From: Candidatus Poribacteria bacterium
Lineage (GTDB): Bacteria > Poribacteria > WGA-4E > PCPOR2b
Reading direction: 5' to 3'
Assembly (NCBI GenBank): GCA_965215015.1
Contig: OZ244042.1
Span: 3,776,001 to 3,840,000, forward strand
DNA: 64,000 bases
The notes below the pieces were generated by a model that searched no databases, was not told the DNA's origin, and saw nothing but the letters and a program-made list of their open reading frames with translations. Shown piece after piece: positions 28,632-36,815 of this stretch (position 1 is the stretch's first letter; each line of letters opens with the position of its first letter). The position numbers and the translations under genes were made by a program.

Positions 28632-31600
28632 TCAGACATTTTCCAATCCCTCCACAATACCGATTTCTGCAGGAGTCAGACCGTATAACAAATATACTAT
28701 CTGATCAATCTCATTTTCAAGTTCAGATACATCCGCCTCCGGGTCAGTCTCTTTGGCGGCGAGGATTTGGTCAACACGCGCTTCTATCTGTGCAGCAAGG
28801 TGTTGGTTTGCTTCTGTAACAGGGGGAACAGGGAAGCGTTCCATGAACTCACCCTTAAATCTGACTCCTCTTGAACCTAAATGACCGCCCGCATAGTAAT
28901 TCTTAAATGCGAAAAGAAAGAACTTTGAATTTAGGATACCAATAAGGTAAGTAGGATTTTTGCCCGTTAATATCCGTGTGGTATCAAGCGAATAGAATTG
29001 GTTTCTATCAATAAGAAATGTTCCTTTCGTTGCCATCTCTTGCCAAACAATCTTCTCCTGCTCAAATTCAGGGTAGTAAGCAATTTGATCCGATAACTCA
29101 AACCATTTATTCCCCGTCTTCTTCCGAGATTTAGTGCCATCAGCCAGTATTTTGCCTGCCTGTTCCAACCGATCTTTACCAAATTCCAGAAGATAATTTT
29201 TAACCGCAGGATAATCGTCAATGTTCAAATTGAGTGCAGGAAATGTATTTATTGAATACAATCCCGCCCATCGGAGATGATAGCGTTCAATGTCTCGGCC
29301 GCGCAGAAGTGGTTTGATGATTTCGGCTGACTTTGGGTCTTCTGCTACCAGTTCTTCCCGCTTGGCTTCGTCTATGATAAATGCTTCATTACAACCTGTT
29401 GTAATTCCCCTATAGATGTTTATATCCCAATCCTTGAGCGGTTTGCCGACATGCTCTATTTTGCGTTTCAAGGCAAGTGCCGCAGGTGAGAGTATCGCCC
29501 ACGGTTCGCCTTTAGCGGGCAGTTCCATAGCTACGCCGCTAGCGTTCAGGTATGGGGCTATGGCACCGGTGTGTGTGTCAAAATCGGATTTGATAGTTGC
29601 CGCTTTGAATACCGAATAGGCATCAGGCATAGTATTTCTGAGTAGCAAGATGTTGGTGTCCACGGTGGCATCAAACACATCCGGCCCCATGTCGAGCAGT
29701 TGAATGGGTTGAGTATATCGAATAAAATAATCTCTCAACCTTTTGCCATACGCTGCACGCATCCATTTGTTGGAAGTAATAAGACAGCCATGCCCCCCGT
29801 TTTTCAACAGTTGATTCGCTTTTTCATAGAACAGACAGTAAATATCCCCTGTCCTGATAAAACTGTCAAAATTGCACGGTGCATACAAACGCCCCAATCT
29901 CCCGCCATCTCTTTGCAATTGAATATACGGCGGATTGCCAATGACGACATCAAAGCCGTCCGTAACCCCGAACATCCACTCCGTATCGAACCAATCCGCG
30001 CTTGCGTTCTGGTCGTAAGGGTCCCAAGCGGCGACTTTATTCGCATCATCGGCGGGTATCCCGATATGGCGTAATTCCGTCGCCAATTCTTGTCTCAATT
30101 TCTTGTCCGCTCGTTTACAGTCGAGTTTCTGGGGGCGTGTTGTGGCGTGGAAATGCCGTTCCCGATTTTTACCCAATTCCCCTTCTAATGCTTTCGCCCT
30201 GGGGCTTGTCAGGGTTCGTTCGCCTTCGAGACCGATGAGCGTGTTTGCCGCGATAAAGCGTGTCTCCAGATTCGGCAGCGGCTTAATCCCAAAGTTAGCT
30301 GCGGCACTATCCGGTTCCTGCTCAATGGCAAGGGAGATGAAAAAGCGAAGCTTGGCAATTTGGCAAGCGATAGATTGAATGTCCACACCGAAGATGCTGT
30401 TTTGGATCAGATACAACTTCCGTCCGAAGTTGCCCGAATAATTTTCAAAGATTCTGCTAATTTCCGTGAGCTCTTCGTCGCGGCTCTGTCTATCCTTCGT
30501 ATCAAACGCATCCGCCGCGCGTTGGATGGCGCGTTCTTTCTGTAGCTGTTCCCATCGGGTGTTATCGGGGTCCAGCCGTCGCAGGGCGAGCGTCAGTTTA
30601 TGCAGTATCCCCATCGGAAACGCCCCGGAACCGACGGCGGGGTCAAGTATCTTCAATTCTGAAATTGCCCGCACTACCCGGTCCGATTCACAGCTATCGA
30701 ACCGTTCGCTCGCCTCGTCAAATGCCTTTGCGTAATCGAACAGATAGTGCAACCGCTCGTCCCAAGACTTGGGGTCTCCGTCCGTCGGGGCCACCTGTCC
30801 TGCAAGCGTGGCGACTAACGTCTCCTCTACCATGTAGTCCACAATGGCACGGGGGGTGTAATAGGAGCCGGTCTGCTTCCGTGCCGTTGTGCCGGTTTCG
30901 GGGTTATACGCAGCGAGCAGGTTTTCAAACACCTTGCCAAGTAGCTCCGGGTCCAACGCGACCTCCTGCTCTATCGGTGTGTTTTCCTCAACGGTGAACT
31001 TGTACCGTTCCAGTAGGAGAATCAGACCGTAAGCATCATCGAAGAAGAGACGGTTAGGAATACTTAATTGACTGTAATGCACATCGGAGAAGCAATCCAC
31101 CCGGTAGCCGCCATCCCGTGTTGCCTCCTCGCTGTCGAGACAATCGAATAAGCCACCGTTGATGAATGGCGTTTGGGCGAACAGTCCCAGCAGCTTGTCG
31201 GGGTCGGCTATCTGGTCTTTGTAGCGATACCGTGAGAAATTGCGATGGACCGGATTGCCCCCTTCGCTAAAGCCACGCTTCTCTATCTCGGTGTTCAGTG
31301 TGGCGAAAAACAGGTTCTGTAGCACCGCCCGGTAGTAGGAATCGCCCGTGCCCCGGTCATAGTCTTTCAGCAATGGGGCGATGTGCATCTCGTTGAACAG
31401 GTCATCGGCGATCAGTCCCTTCTCTTTGATAAACCAGACGAATAGCAGTCGCGTGATTAAGCGGATGACGTGCTCCTCCGATTTCAAGGTACGCTTTTCG
31501 TTTGTCGGGAACTCGCCTTCAGCAACCGCCCATTCAAACCAAGCGAACAATTCCCGGTAGAACTGCTTATTGAGTGCTTCGGTGTCGAGAGTTTTTTCCC

Positions 31601-32249
31601 AAGCGCGATGCAGCTCGACAAAATTGCGGACACCGTGCGTTTGGTTCAACGGTTCAAGGGCGAGATCGAATAGGATATCGATGTGGGCACGGTGGGTATC
31701 GTTGCAATCAATATCCTTGATAAGGGTTACTTTTTCGAGGACATCGCGGGATGGGTCGGATGCGTGCAAACGGCGATTGATAATCGACAGGGTGAGTGTA
31801 TCGCCGTGTTGAAAGAGCAGCATCGCGGGTATCGAGAACAACTTGTTTATTTCGCGGGTGATCTGTGAGAGTTGGGTGCGGTTGTAATCGCTGCCTTCCA
31901 AGCGGATTGCGAAGAAAAGGTAGGATTCGATGATGGTGTTATCCACCTGCGTCTGGCTGGGATTGAAACTCCATCGGGTTGTATCCGTGGGGGTCAGGTC
32001 CTCGCCTGTGAGTTGGAAAAGTAGGTCAATAGAGGTCCATTCTGCTGTCAGTGCCCTACCGCGATTCAGTTGCCCCTGTAGATCGTAGGCGTCAATAAAG
32101 GCGTCGGCGGTATTTGATTCAAGGGCTAGCGTCCTTTCGCTTTGATAGCCGAGTATGTTGAGCAGATTTCGTGCATTTTCGGCGAGGTCCCCATCGGTGA
32201 AGCGGTTTAGGACTTTCGTGATGGCGGATTTGTTTGGTGTGTTATTCAT
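28632..32249 (-). CDS. Type IIG / Eco57I-like adenine methyltransferase-specificity protein, copy 2 (different TRD)
   Basis: Same motifs as copy 1 and near-identical up to NPPYI. Diverges afterwards and reconverges at VDQILAAK. Confidence 0.92.
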   Translation of the reverse strand: MNNTPNKSAITKVLNRFTDGDLAENARNLLNILGYQSERTLALESNTADAFIDAYDLQGQLNRGRALTAEWTSIDLLFQLTGEDLTPTDTTRWSFNPSQTQVDNTIIESYLFFAIRLEGSDYNRTQLSQITREINKLFSIPAMLLFQHGDTLTLSIINRRLHASDPSRDVLEKVTLIKDIDCNDTHRAHIDILFDLALEPLNQTHGVRNFVELHRAWEKTLDTEALNKQFYRELFAWFEWAVAEGEFPTNEKRTLKSEEHVIRLITRLLFVWFIKEKGLIADDLFNEMHIAPLLKDYDRGTGDSYYRAVLQNLFFATLNTEIEKRGFSEGGNPVHRNFSRYRYKDQIADPDKLLGLFAQTPFINGGLFDCLDSEEATRDGGYRVDCFSDVHYSQLSIPNRLFFDDAYGLILLLERYKFTVEENTPIEQEVALDPELLGKVFENLLAAYNPETGTTARKQTGSYYTPRAIVDYMVEETLVATLAGQVAPTDGDPKSWDERLHYLFDYAKAFDEASERFDSCESDRVVRAISELKILDPAVGSGAFPMGILHKLTLALRRLDPDNTRWEQLQKERAIQRAADAFDTKDRQSRDEELTEISRIFENYSGNFGRKLYLIQNSIFGVDIQSIACQIAKLRFFISLAIEQEPDSAAANFGIKPLPNLETRFIAANTLIGLEGERTLTSPRAKALEGELGKNRERHFHATTRPQKLDCKRADKKLRQELATELRHIGIPADDANKVAAWDPYDQNASADWFDTEWMFGVTDGFDVVIGNPPYIQLQRDGGRLGRLYAPCNFDSFIRTGDIYCLFYEKANQLLKNGGHGCLITSNKWMRAAYGKRLRDYFIRYTQPIQLLDMGPDVFDATVDTNILLLRNTMPDAYSVFKAATIKSDFDTHTGAIAPYLNASGVAMELPAKGEPWAILSPAALALKRKIEHVGKPLKDWDINIYRGITTGCNEAFIIDEAKREELVAEDPKSAEIIKPLLRGRDIERYHLRWAGLYSINTFPALNLNIDDYPAVKNYLLEFGKDRLEQAGKILADGTKSRKKTGNKWFELSDQIAYYPEFEQEKIVWQEMATKGTFLIDRNQFYSLDTTRILTGKNPTYLIGILNSKFFLFAFKNYYAGGHLGSRGVRFKGEFMERFPVPPVTEANQHLAAQIEARVDQILAAKETDPEADVSELENEIDQIVYLLYGLTPAEIGIVEGLENV

Positions 32250-32305
32250 AATGACGTCCCCAAAGGACTTTCCTGATGGCTTGATAAATTAGGATTATAT
32301 ACACA

Positions 32306-33508
32306 TCAGGCAGAGCGGATGCGCTCGGTCAACTCGTCGTCAACGGTGATTGCCAAATGCCCCGCGGGCCCGATCATCCTGTTCACCATAATTGCCTCAA
32401 GCTCCCTTTTCTCAAGCTCGGTCAGTTCCTCGACAAAGGGACCGTTGATAAATTCCTTGTACACACGACTGGTGTCCTTGAACGGCATGATGAACATCGG
32501 GATGACCGCCTGCAACATAGCGGCGCGCTTATGCGGCGTACGGTTCACACCGGCGCGATGCCACGTCCGAGAATCGTAGACGATATAACTCCCCGGCGGT
32601 GCCTCAACGACATCAGCCTCCGGTCCGGTATACGGTAAGCCTTTGGCTTCCCGATGCCCCGGTGCTTTGTTTGCGTTTCCGGTTCCCCACGCCACCGGCG
32701 GCCCCTCGCCGCGTGCGTGTGACCCAAGCTTGAAACAGGTTGCGCCATTCTCCTTCCGAAATTCTGAGACGCACAGATTGCGCTGGACACCCATGACCAA
32801 TCCATCAACCTGATGCACAGGTATCCGATTGGTTGCCCTGCCGGCAATGCCCCAGAGGTAAGGAAAATCGGAATGCCAGCCTTGGACGTTCCGTTTGCCG
32901 TCGTCTTTGGGGAGTATGGCAAAGCCGGGCGAATGTCCGAGCCGAATCTCATCGATACCCATATATTGGCGCATCAACCACAGGGAGACAGGCTCCGTCG
33001 CGATTTTTGCGACCGCCGCACTCCGGAGCAGCGGCGCAACGCTCTGATCAAATTCTCCGCTTTCCCAACGACCTGTGCAGCTAATCTGCTCCAACTCCTC
33101 AAGGACATCGGGCGCGATGATCGACGGGATGCAGACCCAGCCGTTCTCCCGGAACGATTTCAGATATTCTGATGGCAGGTGTGCGGGGCCGTGCGCGGGG
33201 AGGAAGAGCGCGGCAACATCGCCAACCGTACCATCACCGGCGAGCCACTTTCCCTGATGCCGGAGGTAGGCTCCATCTTTAGAACGGGGGGATTCCACCT
33301 CAACGACGAGACCGGTCGCGACATGGCTATAGGCCTCCGCACCTTCGACGGTGTCCCATATCGCCTTATCGTCCACATAGTCAAAGGTCGCAAATCCATC
33401 ATCGGACGCGCCGAGGAAACCTCCATTGGGCGCGCGAAGTAAGATAAAGTGTGAGGACGGCTTTTCAACACGAGTAACGGTTTCCTGAAAAATTTCATCC
33501 TTTGGCAT
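32306..33508 (-). CDS. Phytanoyl-CoA dioxygenase (PhyH) family Fe(II)/2OG enzyme with extra N-terminal domain
   Basis: FRENGW, WHSDFPY, ENGAT...GSH, YDSRTWHRAGVN. Confidence 0.85.
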   Translation of the reverse strand: MPKDEIFQETVTRVEKPSSHFILLRAPNGGFLGASDDGFATFDYVDDKAIWDTVEGAEAYSHVATGLVVEVESPRSKDGAYLRHQGKWLAGDGTVGDVAALFLPAHGPAHLPSEYLKSFRENGWVCIPSIIAPDVLEELEQISCTGRWESGEFDQSVAPLLRSAAVAKIATEPVSLWLMRQYMGIDEIRLGHSPGFAILPKDDGKRNVQGWHSDFPYLWGIAGRATNRIPVHQVDGLVMGVQRNLCVSEFRKENGATCFKLGSHARGEGPPVAWGTGNANKAPGHREAKGLPYTGPEADVVEAPPGSYIVYDSRTWHRAGVNRTPHKRAAMLQAVIPMFIMPFKDTSRVYKEFINGPFVEELTELEKRELEAIMVNRMIGPAGHLAITVDDELTERIRSA

Positions 33509-33559
33509 CGGGATTCCCTCCTAAAATAGCAGCGATGTAAACGCCGAAATTGCTGTGCC

Positions 33560-34780
33560 TTAGCCCTCGTCGAGGGCGTGCCCAAACCTTTGACGAAAGT
33601 CGTCATGGACCATCCCCTCATAACGGGTGATTTCTGTTATCGGGAGTTCGACAGGCATCATCCCCGAAAGCGAAGATTCATATAGCGCGATGCACATCTC
33701 CACATCTTTCCGTCCACCAACTCCATATTCTGGCTCACGGTCATATAGTGCCGCGTTGGCAATGCTTATGATTTCCTCTGCGGTCCCAACGTTCCAATCA
33801 TCTATCGCATATTCTCTGAACGGATTCTCATAGACAATCTGCGGCTCGGTGTGGACGACTATCCTTGACAGGACATCAACCCCATCGACGGTATGCCGCT
33901 CCCTTTCGATTGGGATATCCTTCATCTTGCCATCTACCATCGCACGCAGTGGGAAATCTGAGGTCCAGTAATCGGTGTGTGTGACCACCCCCTTTGTCCC
34001 CATAATCTGCCTGTATCGAATCGTTTCCTCACCGACCTGTGAGGCCTCATAGACTCCGACAGCGCCGCTTTCAAAATCGATCAGGGCATGGCCCCAATCT
34101 TCGTACACCCTATCGGGTATGGGGTCAAACTGCTTGGTAATCCCCGCTATCCGTTTCGGTTCGCTTTGGGCATACAACCGGATTTGAGACATCCGATGTA
34201 CCCCCATGTCAATACAGACGCCGGAGTGGGAGCCAAACGTCGAGACAGGGCGAGAGATTCCGCGCGGCTTTCCTGAACTGTGCACAAACTGTCTCCTTCG
34301 GGCAGACGGTTCGATAAAGTGCACCCGCATGATGTTACCAAGCACACCTTCCGCAATTAGCTTGATAAGGATTCGATCGCCCGGCATCCGGAAGTAGTTC
34401 TCTGCGACTTCAAAGTGGACGCCGTTTTTCTTACAGGCATTGATGATTACATCGCAGCAGGGAAGGGTAGGGGCCATCGGTTTTTCGACGATTGGGTGCA
34501 TTTTATGTTCTGCCACAATCTTCGCCACCGTGTGGTGTTCATAATCGCCGGTGCCGATGTCCACAACATCGATATCTCTGTGTTTCTCCAGCATCGCCTC
34601 AACATCGGTATAATATGGCAGGCTGTACTGTTGCCCAATCTCACTCGCTGTGGCTTCGTCGGTATCGCATACAGCGATGAAATTCAGCTCTCCTTTTTTT
34701 GTCAACTCAGCGATGGTTGGCAGATGCCAGCGTTTCGCCACGGTGCCACAACCGACCGATGCAATGTTGGCTTTTCGCAT
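33560..34780 (-). CDS. Gfo/Idh/MocA family oxidoreductase
   Basis: VGCGTVA, IVEKPMA, DMGVH. Confidence 0.88.
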   Translation of the reverse strand: MRKANIASVGCGTVAKRWHLPTIAELTKKGELNFIAVCDTDEATASEIGQQYSLPYYTDVEAMLEKHRDIDVVDIGTGDYEHHTVAKIVAEHKMHPIVEKPMAPTLPCCDVIINACKKNGVHFEVAENYFRMPGDRILIKLIAEGVLGNIMRVHFIEPSARRRQFVHSSGKPRGISRPVSTFGSHSGVCIDMGVHRMSQIRLYAQSEPKRIAGITKQFDPIPDRVYEDWGHALIDFESGAVGVYEASQVGEETIRYRQIMGTKGVVTHTDYWTSDFPLRAMVDGKMKDIPIERERHTVDGVDVLSRIVVHTEPQIVYENPFREYAIDDWNVGTAEEIISIANAALYDREPEYGVGGRKDVEMCIALYESSLSGMMPVELPITEITRYEGMVHDDFRQRFGHALDEG

Positions 34781-34924
34781 AGACTAATCTCCTAAGTAAA
34801 AACTTGTAGCCCCTCTGTTAGGGCGTCTGTTAGGTTTCACCTAACAGCGGCTAACAGGTAGGCTTCAAGATTCTAACAAGCAGCTAACAAGCGTTCAGGT
34901 TATAACCTGATGAGGTATAAATCC

Positions 34925-35308
34925 TTATGTTTCATGTTGTGTTAAGTGGTCGATATGGTTCTGGTTGAGTTGTCGGATGCTCGCTTCTATCGGAGATAGC
35001 CGTTGATTGGTTTCGGCTTGCATGTCAGATCATCGTTGATTGGTATCATCAATGCGCTTGTTCGTTTCGTCCAATCGCTGGTTCAGGGTGCCGATGACTT
35101 CAACGAACCGCTTATCCATCCGATCTTCAAGCCGTTCAAGGGCGTGAAAGAATGTCTCGCCAAGCTTGTCAATTTTATCGTCGGTTTTGTCCTGGCGTTT
35201 CTCCAGCCTTGAGGTGCGATAGAACAAGATGGCCACCTGTCCTATGAAACCGAGGATAATAAAAAGTACAAGGACTGAGTGTGAGGGGCTCCATGACGCA
35301 AAGTCCAT
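34925..35308 (-). pseudogene. Small TM + coiled-coil protein interrupted by an in-frame TGA at 35030-35032
   Basis: Starts MDFASW after AAGGA. The frame continues past the TGA as SDMQAETNQRLSPIEASIRQLNQNHIDHLTQHET*. Confidence 0.6.
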
Positions 35309-35595
35309 TTGTTGAGTTTCCTTTCTTTTCTCTGAAAAAGCTTCGGTGTTGCAAAGCCAACTGGCTAATCCCCCCCGCAAGCGGGGGGAGGGTAAGCAGA
35401 GCGGGCGACTCCTTTGGGATGATGCTGCCCGATCCATCGGGTGTTGAGAGGCACCTTCACCCACTATAGATCGCCGAGTATACCATGACTCTAGTGCTAT
35501 AGTCTTGACTCAACCGACTGACTATGAACATTGTGTGCCCTTTACTGCGTAAGTCCTAAATGTACTAATGAGCTCGTGAACGAAAGAACGCTTCT

Positions 35596-36636
35596 TTAAT
35601 GGACTACTCCGACTTGTTCACGCCACGCGTCCAACAGCCGCATGTTTGAAAGAGTGTCGTCCCAAGACATCGCGGGGGCTTGTCGGGCGTCAATGTGATT
35701 GGCGACCGTGTCCGCTTCGTAGGAGAAGAGGTCGCGGTCGGCAGGGACCTCAATCTCAGTGGATTCGTCACTCCCATGGGATTGGACGATAATCTTCGAT
35801 GAGGGGAAGGCGGTATCAAGGGGCAGCGGCTCTTTCGCACCGCGGCACGGTGATGAGGGCAGCCACGGATTGGGGATAGTGATCACCCCTTCCGAGCCGT
35901 AGATGGAGACACCCCTCCCAAGATTGCCCTCGACCGCAGCAATTATATCCGCGATGATATCATTTTCAAATCTAAGCGCAGCTGCGGCGACGTGGTCTAC
36001 CCCTGTGGGTCCCACTTTCCCAGTTGCTTTTATCACCGTTGGATGCAGAAATAGCTTCCCTTCCACAGCACCGGCGATGAGACGGACCACTGAGGCGGTA
36101 TAGCACCCAAGATCCAGGATACCGCCGCCGCCCATTTCGCGATTGTAAATCCGGCTTTGCGGGTTGAAACCGACCCGTCCGCCGAATGTTGCCCGAACCA
36201 CGTGTATATCGCCGATAATGCCGTCTTGTATGAGTTGAACCAGCCTCTGGATTTGCGGGTGGCAACGATACATAAAGGCTTCCATCAGGAATACATCGTT
36301 TTCTCGCGCTGCGTCAACCATCGCTGCGGCTTCGGTGTAGTTCATGCTAATCGGTTTCTCAACGAGGATGTGCTTGCCGGCTTCGGCGCACTTAATTGCC
36401 CACTCGGCGTGGAGTGGATGGATCGTTGCGATATAGATGGCATCGATTTCCTCGTCCTCCAGTAGTGCCTCGTAGCTGGTGTATTGTCGGGGGATACCAA
36501 AATCGCTGACTAGTTTGTCCATGCGGGCTTGCGTTCGGCTCGCCACCGCAAGAATTTGTCCGGAGTCAGTAAAACGCATCGCATTGCAGAATACGTAGGC
36601 GATGCCCCCGGCACTCATGACGCCCCAGTTTAACAT
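35596..36636 (-). CDS. Gfo/Idh/MocA family oxidoreductase (xylose/dihydrodiol dehydrogenase-like)
   Basis: WGVMSAGGIA, GKHILVEKP, MEAFMYRCHP, GGGGILDLGCY. Confidence 0.9.
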   Translation of the reverse strand: MLNWGVMSAGGIAYVFCNAMRFTDSGQILAVASRTQARMDKLVSDFGIPRQYTSYEALLEDEEIDAIYIATIHPLHAEWAIKCAEAGKHILVEKPISMNYTEAAAMVDAARENDVFLMEAFMYRCHPQIQRLVQLIQDGIIGDIHVVRATFGGRVGFNPQSRIYNREMGGGGILDLGCYTASVVRLIAGAVEGKLFLHPTVIKATGKVGPTGVDHVAAAALRFENDIIADIIAAVEGNLGRGVSIYGSEGVITIPNPWLPSSPCRGAKEPLPLDTAFPSSKIIVQSHGSDESTEIEVPADRDLFSYEADTVANHIDARQAPAMSWDDTLSNMRLLDAWREQVGVVH

Positions 36637-36815
36637 GGGTTGTCTCCTAAGTAGGTTGTGTAGGTCAAGTTTCTAAAGCAGTTTTGACCTACGGGGCTTT
36701 TATGATTTTAGGGAATAGGCTTAAACCCACCACAGAGAACGCAGAGTTTTTTTATTTTTTCTCTGGGCCTCCTGATAAGATTGGCGCGATGGGCACAGCA
36801 CACGAATCGTGCGTA

